The notes under the pieces are model-generated. The model worked only from the letters and a program-made list of their open reading frames with translations. It searched no databases and was not told the origin of the DNA. This document shows, one piece after another, positions 8,977-18,451 of a stretch of 59,670 nt of DNA (positions are counted from its first letter, which is position 1; every line of letters begins with the position of its first letter). Both the position numbers and the translations under genes were made by a program. The stretch covers positions 1 to 59,670 of the forward strand of contig CANQXB010000002.1 of NCBI GenBank assembly GCA_947627805.1. Reading direction: 5' to 3'. The DNA comes from an uncultured Bacilli bacterium. Its GTDB lineage: Bacteria; Bacillota_I; Bacilli_A; RF39; UBA660.

Positions 8977-9018
8977 GTAGTATGTAGTGAATTTTGTAGT
9001 TTCCCTAAACTTACCTAG

Positions 9019-9264
9019 TTATTTTTTATATTTTAGAATATCACTAACTTCACAATTAAGTGCATAACATATTCTTGCGATAATATCTAAATCAATTCTT
9101 ACAACTTTGTTATTATAATATCTATTTACTAAATTATAATTAGCTGCAATCATTGTTGATAATTTATTTCTGTTAATACCTTTTTTATCAAGTATATTTT
9201 TTAAACAAATTTCAACTTTGCCGTAGTTTTTTAACGTATAAATATTTGTATCCATATTCACCAC
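9019..9264 (-). CDS. XRE-family HTH transcriptional regulator
   Basis: 81-aa protein. KGINRNKLSTMIAANYNLVNRYYNN...LDIIARICYALNCEVSDIL is a Cro/C1-type HTH. Confidence 0.8.
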   Translation of the reverse strand: MVNMDTNIYTLKNYGKVEICLKNILDKKGINRNKLSTMIAANYNLVNRYYNNKVVRIDLDIIARICYALNCEVSDILKYKK

Positions 9265-9418
9265 CCCGCAGACTAATATTTCTTACAAATATATTATATA
9301 TGATTATCAATAATTAAAAAATTATACAAAAATGTATTTACATACAATATATAAATAATAAATGATTAATTATTTAATAAAAAATACATAATAAAATATT
9401 TAAAGTATAAGAGAATTG

Positions 9419-9427
9419 TGATATAAT
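9419..9427 (+). promoter_or_regulatory. Extended -10 promoter element (TGATATAAT) for the lipoprotein operon
   Basis: TGnTATAAT match about 43 nt upstream of the ATG at 9470, in the divergent intergenic region. Confidence 0.35.
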
Positions 9428-9469
9428 TTTATTGACATCTATCATTTAATTTAGTGTGGGAGTGTGATT

Positions 9470-10330
9470 ATGAAAAAGAAAATATTAAGTATATTGTTTT
9501 TAGGAATTTTACTTCTTGGAATAACAGGCTGTGGAAATGATGTATCTTCTAATGAAGAAAAATCTAATGATAGTGTAATGCCAAATAATGATAATAACGA
9601 TACCCAAAAAGTAGAAAATAGTAAAATGACCTTAGAAAATTTTAGGAAAGTAATGAGTGAACAAGGTCTTAGTATTATAGAGGGAAATTGTACAGAAAAA
9701 AGTATAAATTGTGTTTATACAGCCGTTGATGAAACAGATGATAGTAGAACTACTTATACATTTGAAACTTATAGAGATGAAGATTCTGCTACAAGACTTT
9801 GGAATAATCAAATAAGTAGTATTTATGAACATTATGATAGTTATAATTCTGTATTTAAAGATGATGAAAATAAAATATTAGAATATACTACTGGAGAAAG
9901 AGGTATAACAATAGTTTATTATTATAAAACTACTTCTCTTGAGGTAATTAGTGATGAGTTTAGTGATGCCGTTAGTTTTAGTAAGGTTATGAAAGTATTA
10001 GAGGAATTTGACTATACACTTAATACTAAATTAGATAATACTAATAATACTAATAATACTAGTTCTAGTGATGAGAAAATAAAATTAAAAGATTATACAG
10101 TTAGCTATGGAACATACAAAGGAACCGCTACTAGTGGAGGTTATACCTTAACTGAAACAGTTATTATTTCTAAAGATAAGATGCAAATAGATGATTGGGA
10201 AACTTGTGAGTATGAAGTACAAGATAATATTATACATTGTAAACAAGCTGATGCCATAAAGCTTAAAGTAATTGGTAATAATAAGTTTACTAATGCATCT
10301 GGTATTTTTACTTTTGAATTGGAGGGTTAA
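9470..10330 (+). CDS. Lipoprotein, function unknown
   Basis: Lipobox LLGITGC follows a hydrophobic signal. GGGAG lies 7 nt before the ATG at 9470. The track start at 9464 is a GTG. Confidence 0.75.
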   Translation: MKKKILSILFLGILLLGITGCGNDVSSNEEKSNDSVMPNNDNNDTQKVENSKMTLENFRKVMSEQGLSIIEGNCTEKSINCVYTAVDETDDSRTTYTFETYRDEDSATRLWNNQISSIYEHYDSYNSVFKDDENKILEYTTGERGITIVYYYKTTSLEVISDEFSDAVSFSKVMKVLEEFDYTLNTKLDNTNNTNNTSSSDEKIKLKDYTVSYGTYKGTATSGGYTLTETVIISKDKMQIDDWETCEYEVQDNIIHCKQADAIKLKVIGNNKFTNASGIFTFELEG

Positions 10331-10332
10331 TT

Positions 10333-10731
10333 ATGAAAAATAAATTTTTAAGTATTTTAATTTTATGTTTCTTAGTAATAGGAATTACTGGTTGTGGTAA
10401 ATCAGAAAGTGATAAAAATATTAGTGATAATCTTAACAAACTAATAGATAGTTTAGAAAAAGAAAGCAATGATTTTGAAGTAAGTACAATCCAAAAATAT
10501 TTCGAAAAAAATAGTGATTATCGACTTCTTGCAGGACAAGATGAAGAATTTACCGAAAAGCCAAGTAGCGCCGAAAATCAATATACTTATGTTCAAGGAA
10601 ATGAACAATTAATTAATACCAATAGTCTTTATGTACTTATATATGATACTAAGAGTGATAAATATTATAGTATATCGGTTACTTATTTTAGTTATAAGCC
10701 TTACTTTAATGAAGCAAGAGAATTAAAATAA
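10333..10731 (+). CDS. Lipoprotein, function unknown
   Basis: The signal peptide is MKNKFLSILILCFLVIGITGCGK (lipobox). GGAGGG lies upstream. Confidence 0.75.
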   Translation: MKNKFLSILILCFLVIGITGCGKSESDKNISDNLNKLIDSLEKESNDFEVSTIQKYFEKNSDYRLLAGQDEEFTEKPSSAENQYTYVQGNEQLINTNSLYVLIYDTKSDKYYSISVTYFSYKPYFNEARELK

Positions 10732-10771
10732 CTGTTAAAATACTATAAAATGAAAGAGTGGAGTATTTGGT

Positions 10772-11749
10772 ATGAAAAATAAATTTTTAAATATTTTGTT
10801 ATTAGTTTTAATACTTATTGGAATTGCTGGTTGTGGTAAAACAGAACAAGAATTAAAAGATGAAGAAAGTCTAAAAATAATTAATAAATATGTAAGTTTT
10901 ATTGAAAAAGAAGAACAGAGTGTTGGTAAAACAAAAAGTTTATTCCTAGATATAAATAATGACCAAAAAATTGAAATGCTTTTATCTTATAATAAAGATG
11001 ATACCAATTATGTAACAGTTCTTTATTTAAACGATGATAATGAAGTTGTTAATCCTGGTTACTTAAAAGGTGTAAGTAGTTATGCTGTAGCAACTCAAAA
11101 TATTGATGGAGAACTTAATTGGGTATTTTATACTGGTTTAGATATGTATACTAATCCGGATAATATTTATTATAATGCCAATGATTTTTTAAAAAGTGAT
11201 TTTAAAGTCGAGGAAATAACCCCAATAGGTAATTATCGAGTATTAAAAGAAAACTATGCTTTTAATGGAACTAGTTTATCTTTTAACGATTTAGATAAAG
11301 ATATGTTATTAGTAGATTATAATAATGGTCTTAATTATAAAGATAGAATGAATCAAAGCGTTTTAGAAAGTCAACTAGAAGAATTAAAGAAAGTCCAATC
11401 TAATCCAAGTGAACTTCAAGTAGGTAAATATAAAGTTAAGTATGGCGATTATGAATTTTATCAAGATGGTAAAAAAACAGGGCAATTTACTCTCAATAGA
11501 GATGGAACTTATATTGCTACTGGAGAAAGGTTTGGAGGTTCTGGGGGTAGATATATAAAGTCAATGGGAAATTATGAAATAGCTACTTTAGATGTCTCTC
11601 AAGATATTAATCCGGAATATGAAGAAGCTTTCTGCTTTGAAAGTACTTATAAGGGTGAAAAAATAAATGATAATATAAATTGTTTTCCTGTTTATGATAA
11701 TTATAAATTTATATTAGGTGTTAATGAAGAAGTTAAATATTTAGGATAG
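10772..11749 (+). CDS. Lipoprotein, function unknown
   Basis: The signal peptide MKNKFLNILLLVLILIGIAGCGK is nearly identical to that of 10333..10731. Confidence 0.75.
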   Translation: MKNKFLNILLLVLILIGIAGCGKTEQELKDEESLKIINKYVSFIEKEEQSVGKTKSLFLDINNDQKIEMLLSYNKDDTNYVTVLYLNDDNEVVNPGYLKGVSSYAVATQNIDGELNWVFYTGLDMYTNPDNIYYNANDFLKSDFKVEEITPIGNYRVLKENYAFNGTSLSFNDLDKDMLLVDYNNGLNYKDRMNQSVLESQLEELKKVQSNPSELQVGKYKVKYGDYEFYQDGKKTGQFTLNRDGTYIATGERFGGSGGRYIKSMGNYEIATLDVSQDINPEYEEAFCFESTYKGEKINDNINCFPVYDNYKFILGVNEEVKYLG

Positions 11750-11758
11750 AGGCAAGAT

Positions 11759-12145
11759 ATGAAATTTAATAGTTTAATACCAGAACTTAGTGTATCAAAT
11801 ATTGAGGCAAGTAAAGAATTTTATCTTAATATTGGATTTGAAATTAAATATGAACGTCCTAAAGATAAATTCATTTTTTTCGAATTTGAGGATAATCAAA
11901 TAATGATTGAAGAAATAAATAATAATTGGAATACTGGTGAATTAGAATATCCTTTTGGTAGAGGAATAAATTTAAGTATGACTATCAAAGATTTAGAAAA
12001 ATACTACAATGATTTATTAAATAAAAATATTAAATTTTTTAAAAAATTAATGATAAACGAATATGAAATGAATAATGATATATTTTTTGACAAAGAATTT
12101 TTAATTCAAGATCCAGATGGATATTTATTAAGATTTAATTCGTAA
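11759..12145 (+). CDS. VOC-family (glyoxalase/bleomycin-resistance-like) protein
   Basis: 128-aa protein. IPELSVSNIEASKEFYLNIGFE ... IQDPDGYLLRFN matches the glyoxalase/bleomycin-resistance fold signature. Confidence 0.65.
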   Translation: MKFNSLIPELSVSNIEASKEFYLNIGFEIKYERPKDKFIFFEFEDNQIMIEEINNNWNTGELEYPFGRGINLSMTIKDLEKYYNDLLNKNIKFFKKLMINEYEMNNDIFFDKEFLIQDPDGYLLRFNS

Positions 12146-12165
12146 AAGAAATGGGGGAATTAAAA

Positions 12166-13449
12166 ATGAAAAAGTTAAGTTATTTGATAATTGGAATTTT
12201 ATTAATATTTATAGGTTTAGATAATGTTTCTGCAGCATTTTTCTCTGATCCTATTTCTATAACTTTTTATCTTAATGATTCTCACAATGCTTTAAATACT
12301 AGACCAGAAGAATGGGAATTTTGTTTTGAAGATTCCGCTAGTGCTTCATATTATAAGATTTCTAAAGTTTGCTTAAAAATTAGTAATGATAAAAAAGTGT
12401 ATTCAATTCTAGATGATAGTCCTATACAAGATGATGTTACTCAATATGTAGAATTCATTTATGAAAAAAATGAGGATTCAATGGATGTATATAAATTAAA
12501 ATTTGATTGGGTAGATATTACAAAAACTAGTTTACATACTCAAGATAATTACAAAGTTACAATCAAAGGAATTTCAGATAATAATCTATATAATCTTGTA
12601 TTGGGAACACCTACCAATATTACTAGCGATACATTGAATTATACTGCTACTTTTTCTTTATCCGGTTTAAAACATATTAAAGGTAATATTACTTTTAATG
12701 ATGAAAATGATCGTGATGGTATTAGAGAGGGTTTATTAAGTGATTTTTATTTATCTTATGATGGATTTGATATCGATTCTTTAACTAGTGAAAACTTCTT
12801 AAGATTAATTCACGATGTATATGATAGTAATCATTATACTTTTGAAGAATATGTGGCAGAGTATTATTATGATGAATATGGAGGGAATGATTTTACAAGA
12901 CCAATAACTTATAATTTAAAATTCTTTGGTGGAGAATTAAAAGATGATGATATTATTGTAAATGTAATCCCAATTAGTGGAGGAGAACAGTGGAATATAA
13001 CAATTAATCATATTCCTGAAAAAATAAGTCCTGTTAAGGTTAAAGTTAATTGGCTTGATAGTAATAGTAGTAAAAGGCCAACATCATTAAGTATTGATGT
13101 TATTGGTAATGAAGGGTTTATAGAAAGAACTGTTGAATTAACTGATGATAATTGGGAAACAACTTTAGAAGATTTATTTAAAAACTATAAAGGTGAAGAA
13201 ATAAATTATTCTTTAAAAGTAAATAGTGTGAATAATTATACTTTTACAGTAATAGGTAATCAAGTTGATGGTTTTGTAATTAATGCGGAATATAAAACAA
13301 ATACAAGTAGTTCATCTAGTCATAGTTCTGGAAGTAGTAATAAAACAAATAATAAAGAAGAAGTAGATAAAGAAGAATTAAATAATAATAAAGAAAATAT
13401 TGATAATGTGGAAATTCCTAATACAGGAGATAGTATTATATCCATATGA
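12166..13449 (+). CDS. Cna-B-domain surface adhesin, sorting signal truncated by an in-frame TGA
   Basis: It has a signal peptide. Cna-B-type segments are present (VKVNWLDSNSSKRPTSLSIDV...NW...INYSLKV). The protein ends ...EIPNTGDSIISI at a TGA, with the remainder of the sorting signal encoded in frame downstream (see findings). Confidence 0.75.
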   Translation: MKKLSYLIIGILLIFIGLDNVSAAFFSDPISITFYLNDSHNALNTRPEEWEFCFEDSASASYYKISKVCLKISNDKKVYSILDDSPIQDDVTQYVEFIYEKNEDSMDVYKLKFDWVDITKTSLHTQDNYKVTIKGISDNNLYNLVLGTPTNITSDTLNYTATFSLSGLKHIKGNITFNDENDRDGIREGLLSDFYLSYDGFDIDSLTSENFLRLIHDVYDSNHYTFEEYVAEYYYDEYGGNDFTRPITYNLKFFGGELKDDDIIVNVIPISGGEQWNITINHIPEKISPVKVKVNWLDSNSSKRPTSLSIDVIGNEGFIERTVELTDDNWETTLEDLFKNYKGEEINYSLKVNSVNNYTFTVIGNQVDGFVINAEYKTNTSSSSSHSSGSSNKTNNKEEVDKEELNNNKENIDNVEIPNTGDSIISI

Positions 13450-13507
13450 AATATATTTGTAATTTGTTTAATATTATTATTGTATATTATTAGTAAAGGA
13501 GTAAGGT

Positions 13508-14812
13508 ATGGAAGAGTTAGATAAGAATATTAAAAAAGAAAAGAAAAATAATAAAAAGAAAATAATAATTATTGTTGTTTGTGTGCTTGCAATTATCTTA
13601 ATTGCGTTAGGGGTATTTCTTTTTGTAAATAAGAAAGAAAATAAAGATGTAAAAGAAACTCCAAAAATTAAATTAATAGATAATTTAGAAGTGGAGGTAA
13701 ATAGTGAAGTTAATTTATTATCATTTATAAGTGATAGTAAAGATGTAGAAATTTTAAGTAGTGATGAGAATATTGATACTAGTACTTTAGGAGAAAAAGA
13801 ATTAGTAGTTAAATATAAAGATAGAGATAAAGAAAAAGAATATAAATTTACCATTAATGTAAAAGATAGTACTATTCCAGTTATTGAATATCAAAAAGAA
13901 TTAAGTACAACGGTGGGAGCGAAAATTGATTTATTAAAAGATGTTAAAGTAACCGATAATTCTAAAGAAGAAATTACAGCTACTGTTGAAGGAGAATATG
14001 ATTTTAGCAAAGAAGGAACTTATACTTTAAAATATGTGGCTACTGATAGTAGTAATAATAAAGTAGAAGAAGAATTTACTTTAAAAGTAAATAAAAAAGA
14101 AGAGAAGAAAACTACAACTACCAGTAAAAATACCACCACAAATAAAAACACAACAAGTAATAGTGGAACCACTAATAATACTACTAGTAGTAAAAAAGTA
14201 GTTAAAACTGATACTAAAACAGTTTTAGGAGATACCGTTAATCAATATGGTATTACAATAGAAATATATGATGTTTATAATGTATATACTTATGCTGATG
14301 GGACAACTCAAGAAGAATATGACCATTCATATAATAAGTTCGATTCTAGTGGTTTTAATGCTACCAGTAAAGATTTACTTTATGAAGCTACTAAATTTGT
14401 TATTGATGAACCAGATTCTACTTATATTGAAATGATGACTATTTTAAATAATTATCGAAGTGAAGTAGGAGTATCACCATTAGAATTAGATACTGAACTA
14501 TCTGTTGCTGCTACTGTAAGAGCTATGGAAATGGCTTATTCTGGTAAATTTTCTCATGAAAGACCTAATATGAGTGGTGATGATAGTTGTTTTACGGTTT
14601 TAACTGATCTTCAAATTGGGCGTTCTGCAAATGGTGAAAATATTGCCGCAGGAGTGTCTTCAGTTAAGGGTGTAATGAATGGATGGCGAAATAGTCAAGG
14701 ACATTATGAGAATATGATTAATCCAGTTTATAAAAAAGTTGGATTTGCCTTAGTATCATTAAGTGGTTCAAAATATGGTTATTATGCAGTTCAAATATTC
14801 AGTGATAAATAG
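13508..14812 (+). CDS. Membrane-anchored protein with Ig-like repeats and C-terminal CAP/SCP (YkwD-like) domain
   Basis: It has an N-terminal TM helix and two repeats of the (E/D)Y...VTDNS/ATDSSNN type. The C-terminal NNYRSEVGVSPLELD...GENIAAG...GWRNSQGHYENMINPVYKKVGFA is a CAP-domain signature. Confidence 0.75.
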   Translation: MEELDKNIKKEKKNNKKKIIIIVVCVLAIILIALGVFLFVNKKENKDVKETPKIKLIDNLEVEVNSEVNLLSFISDSKDVEILSSDENIDTSTLGEKELVVKYKDRDKEKEYKFTINVKDSTIPVIEYQKELSTTVGAKIDLLKDVKVTDNSKEEITATVEGEYDFSKEGTYTLKYVATDSSNNKVEEEFTLKVNKKEEKKTTTTSKNTTTNKNTTSNSGTTNNTTSSKKVVKTDTKTVLGDTVNQYGITIEIYDVYNVYTYADGTTQEEYDHSYNKFDSSGFNATSKDLLYEATKFVIDEPDSTYIEMMTILNNYRSEVGVSPLELDTELSVAATVRAMEMAYSGKFSHERPNMSGDDSCFTVLTDLQIGRSANGENIAAGVSSVKGVMNGWRNSQGHYENMINPVYKKVGFALVSLSGSKYGYYAVQIFSDK

Positions 14813-14856
14813 ATTAAAAATAAAAAAATAATTTTGATAGAAAGAAGATATTTAAA

Positions 14857-15801
14857 ATGAAAAGATTATTAAGCATAATGCTATGTATCACATTATTATT
14901 TTGTTTAACTGGATGTGGTAATACTGACAGTAACTCAAGTAATAGTGGTGGTTCAAAAAATGTAGGAATACTTACAGAAAAAATATTAAATGATAATAAC
15001 GTTATAGAAACAGAAGTAAATCTTCAAATGGGAATTGCCGATTCTAATGAGGAAAGTGGATTATATAAATCTACGGACACGAATAATAATGAACCAACTT
15101 ATTATTTTAGAGGTAATGTTTTAAATAATTATGTTGATTTTGCTAATATGACATGGAGAATAATTAGAATAAATGAAGATGGAACAGTTAGATTATTATT
15201 AAATGATTATATAAAAGAAAATGATGCTGCTTTTTATATTAAATTTAATGAAGAACAAATGACTAATGATGGAATGTATTATTCTAATAGTGATGTTAAA
15301 AAATATTTAGATGATTGGTTTAATAAAAATTTAGATAAATATAAAGATAAAATTGCTAAAGGAAAATATTTTTGTGAACAAGCAAGAGTAGTATTGGGTT
15401 ATAGTAATGCAACAGATGATATTGCTTGGACTTATGCCGAAAACTATATTCCAACTTTTAAATGTGAAACTGATAAAAATGGTTATGGTTTAGTAGATAC
15501 TAATATTGCCCTTATTACTTATGATGAAGCCAATTTTGCGGGTTCTTATTTAAATAATAAAGTTCAAAGTTCTAATAATGGTAAGTTATATTTACCACAT
15601 TCTTCTGCACATTTTTATTGGACAATGTCTCCAGCAGGTAAAATTATAAATGACTATTTTATGTGGCAAATTAGTGCTTCAGGAGATTTAATGGATATTT
15701 ATGCTATTAATGATGGAGTGCTTCATCCCGTAATTAATTTAAAATCAGATTTAAAAGCTAGTGGTAATGGAACTGAAAGTAATCCTTATGTTATAGAATA
15801 A
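14857..15801 (+). CDS. Lipoprotein, function unknown
   Basis: Lipobox LFCLTGCGN is present. MTWRIIRINEDGTVRLL and YWTMSP motifs recall an uncharacterised Firmicute surface-protein family. Confidence 0.7.
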   Translation: MKRLLSIMLCITLLFCLTGCGNTDSNSSNSGGSKNVGILTEKILNDNNVIETEVNLQMGIADSNEESGLYKSTDTNNNEPTYYFRGNVLNNYVDFANMTWRIIRINEDGTVRLLLNDYIKENDAAFYIKFNEEQMTNDGMYYSNSDVKKYLDDWFNKNLDKYKDKIAKGKYFCEQARVVLGYSNATDDIAWTYAENYIPTFKCETDKNGYGLVDTNIALITYDEANFAGSYLNNKVQSSNNGKLYLPHSSAHFYWTMSPAGKIINDYFMWQISASGDLMDIYAINDGVLHPVINLKSDLKASGNGTESNPYVIE

Positions 15802-15817
15802 AGAAAGGAAATAGTTT

Positions 15818-16276
15818 ATGTATTGTAAAAAATGTGGTGCAAAATTAGAAGAAGATAGTGCTTTTTGCCCTAAATGTGGCAATAAAATTAAAAAGATGGA
15901 AAAAGAAGTAAGTAATTCTAAATTAATAAAAAAAGAAGTTAAAAGGCCATTTATGAAATCATTGTATTTAATATTAAGGCCTTTAGCAATAATTATAATA
16001 TCATTGGGTCTTATATTTTTAAGTTATTATGAGATGGATGTTCTAGATTTAAAAAATAAATCATCTGATGAATGGGGAACAGAGCGTTATTCTGGTTTAT
16101 GTGGAATTGAACACAATCCGGGGTTATGTTCTGATTATGAAGAATATAAAGAAAAAGTTTGGGAAAGAGAATATGCTCCAATGCATATTGAAATTATCTT
16201 ACCAACAGGTATTATATTATTAATAGTTAGTTTTGTTGCTTACAAGTCTTACAAAATTGGACAGGAGGAAGAATAA
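15818..16276 (+). CDS. Zinc-ribbon membrane protein
   Basis: The N-terminal MYCKKCGAKLEEDSAFCPKCGNKI is a CxxC...CxxC ribbon. Two predicted TM helices follow. Confidence 0.65.
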   Translation: MYCKKCGAKLEEDSAFCPKCGNKIKKMEKEVSNSKLIKKEVKRPFMKSLYLILRPLAIIIISLGLIFLSYYEMDVLDLKNKSSDEWGTERYSGLCGIEHNPGLCSDYEEYKEKVWEREYAPMHIEIILPTGIILLIVSFVAYKSYKIGQEEE

Positions 16277-16479
16277 TGGTTGTATTTTTTGGAATTATAG
16301 TACTAATTAGTATAATAGCTTTAATTTCTAATGCTATAATCTTAATTCTTAATATTTATGAAGCTATTGCTTATTATAGAAAGCCAGAATATTATTGTGC
16401 TAAATGTGGTAAGGAAGTAAATTTAAAAGTGGAAAAATGTCCTAAATGTAAAACTATTTTAAAGGAAGGAAAGGTGTAA
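16276..16479 (+). CDS. Small membrane protein with C-terminal zinc ribbon
   Basis: TAATG start/stop overlap with the upstream gene. One TM helix is followed by CAKCGKEVNLKVEKCPKCK. Confidence 0.55.
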   Translation: MVVFFGIIVLISIIALISNAIILILNIYEAIAYYRKPEYYCAKCGKEVNLKVEKCPKCKTILKEGKV

Positions 16480-16480
16480 A

Positions 16481-17359
16481 ATGAATCAAAAAAGAAATAT
16501 TATTATTGCTGTAGTATCAATACTTGTAGTAGTTTTTATTGGTTTTGGAGTGGTAGCGTTTATGAATTATGCTTCTCTAAGTAGAAATAGAAATGTAATT
16601 CCCGAAGAAGTAAATAATAGTTCCTTTGAAGAATCATTTGATTGGTCAGAATATACAACACACGGAGAATTTGGTCCAGATGGTATAGCTTGGGTTTGTA
16701 TTGATAATTATACAGGAAGTAACTGTGGATATATCAATAAAAATAAAGAATACGTTTTTGATTTAATGGACAAAAATCGTTTTGATCCAGTTAAAACTGT
16801 TGGATTTGAATATTTGTTAGATGACTATCAAGATGGTACAGCAGTAATTGTTTATACAAATGATGAAACTGATATGGACCACGGATGTTTTATTGGGGTT
16901 TATGATACCAATGGTAAAGTAATCGACGAAGTTGAGCAAAGCAGAGTTCGTTGTAATTACGAAGTTAAACATTTAGATAATGGTAATATAGTAATTTATG
17001 GTGGAGATTTTACTCCAGATTATTATTACATGTATGGTGCTAAGTCTAAAAAAATAAAAGAACTAGAGATAAGTTTTATTGATAATGTAGATGAGTTAGA
17101 ATATAGTGATGGACTTCTTTATATTTATGATCGAGATGTTATCGGTACTCCAGGTCCTCGTTATTTTGATGAAAGTGGTAATTTAGTTTTAAAAATTACA
17201 ACAGAAAGTAATGAAAACTTTACTAGAGTTAATTCGGGAACACCATTTGAAAACGGAAAAGCTACGATTAATTTTAAAGGAAAAGATAATAATAATTATA
17301 CAGTTACCATTGATAAAAAAGGTAAATGGTTAGATGAACCAGTTAGAGCAGAAGATTAA
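16481..17359 (+). CDS. Membrane-anchored hypothetical protein
   Basis: 292-aa ORF that starts 2 nt after the previous stop. It has an N-terminal TM helix. No catalytic motif recognised. Confidence 0.6.
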   Translation: MNQKRNIIIAVVSILVVVFIGFGVVAFMNYASLSRNRNVIPEEVNNSSFEESFDWSEYTTHGEFGPDGIAWVCIDNYTGSNCGYINKNKEYVFDLMDKNRFDPVKTVGFEYLLDDYQDGTAVIVYTNDETDMDHGCFIGVYDTNGKVIDEVEQSRVRCNYEVKHLDNGNIVIYGGDFTPDYYYMYGAKSKKIKELEISFIDNVDELEYSDGLLYIYDRDVIGTPGPRYFDESGNLVLKITTESNENFTRVNSGTPFENGKATINFKGKDNNNYTVTIDKKGKWLDEPVRAED

Positions 17360-17451
17360 AAAATTATATTATATTTTAAAAGTAGTTAATAAAAAATGAC
17401 AAAATTTATTTTTAATTATTGTGTAAAGTTTAAAAAGAATTCTTGATGAGT

Positions 17452-17480
17452 TTGACTTTTTTTGTAAAATAATGTATTAT
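17452..17480 (+). promoter_or_regulatory. Sigma-A-type promoter candidate (TTGACT-17 nt-TATTAT)
   Basis: The -35 TTGACT is at 17452-17457, the spacer is 17 nt, and the -10 TATTAT is at 17475-17480. It lies 30 nt upstream of the LysR-family gene. Confidence 0.45.
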
Positions 17481-17509
17481 ATATCCCAAGTTTTAGGGGG
17501 ATTTATAAT

Positions 17510-18406
17510 ATGAATATAAAAGAAAATTTTAATTTATATTATAGTTTTTATATTGTGGCTAGTGAAATGAGTTTTTCTAAAGCAGCATCTAAATATTTAG
17601 TTGATCAATCAAATTTAAGTCATGATGTAAAAGAATTAGAAAATAATTTAAATTTAAATTTGTTAAATAGAAATAATAAAGGCATAAAAAATCTAACAAC
17701 TGATGGTTTAAGATTATTTAATTATTTAGATAAATTATTTCAAGAACATGATAACTTTATAAAGGATTATTTAAATAAAGGTGATGATATAACTGGGGAG
17801 TTAGTTATAGGGACAACAAGAAATATTGCTGATAATAGACTTTCAAAGTATTTAAGTGAATTTTATAAATTGTATCCAAAAGTTAAAATAAATGTTTTTA
17901 CTGATAGTGCGAATAACTTAAATGAATTTTTATTATCCCATAAGATTGATATTTTAATAGATTATTTACCAAATATTAATTTTAGTAAAAAAGAAAACAT
18001 GGAAATTGAAACAATAAGTAAATTTGAAACTGCCTTTGCTTGTTCTAAAAAGTATTATGATAAATATACAAAAGATATTAAATCATTAAAAGATTTAAAT
18101 AAATATAAATTAGTTATTCCTGGTTCATCAAGAAGAAAGCAAATGTTAGATGAAGTATTACAACCTCTTAATATAAAATTGAAACCGATAATTGAGATGC
18201 CTGATTCTAAGTGTATGGCTGAATTTATAAAAGAAAATGACTGCATAGGATATTTTATTAAAGAAGAAATAGAAGAATATGAATTAGTAGCATTAAATTT
18301 AAAAGAATCAATGCCGGTTAATTATATTGGAATAATTTATCCTAAAAACACTATAAACAACGTTTCTAAAAAATTTATTGAACTGGTTTTAAGAAATAAT
18401 AATTAA
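17510..18406 (+). CDS. LysR-family transcriptional regulator
   Basis: The N-terminal wHTH is YSFYIVASEMSFSKAASKYLVDQSNLSHDVKELENNL. The size (298 aa) and the C-terminal substrate-binding-type region fit the LysR family. Confidence 0.85.
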   Translation: MNIKENFNLYYSFYIVASEMSFSKAASKYLVDQSNLSHDVKELENNLNLNLLNRNNKGIKNLTTDGLRLFNYLDKLFQEHDNFIKDYLNKGDDITGELVIGTTRNIADNRLSKYLSEFYKLYPKVKINVFTDSANNLNEFLLSHKIDILIDYLPNINFSKKENMEIETISKFETAFACSKKYYDKYTKDIKSLKDLNKYKLVIPGSSRRKQMLDEVLQPLNIKLKPIIEMPDSKCMAEFIKENDCIGYFIKEEIEEYELVALNLKESMPVNYIGIIYPKNTINNVSKKFIELVLRNNN

Positions 18407-18451
18407 AACTAGTTTTTTTATGTTATAATAGTGTATATTGTGGTGATTAGT

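Noticed and set aside
13447-13449. The idea that TGA encodes Trp (genetic code 4), which would make the adhesin sorting signal continuous
   Set aside because: The long ORFs are all well formed under code 11. Trp is encoded by TGG throughout. Several TGA stops sit in classic ATGA start/stop overlaps (35102, 41719, 42105, 56103). Reading through the TGA at 39380-39382 gives an implausible peptide across the repeat DNA. The element also encodes sortases and peptidoglycan hydrolases, which are inconsistent with wall-less code-4 Mollicutes.
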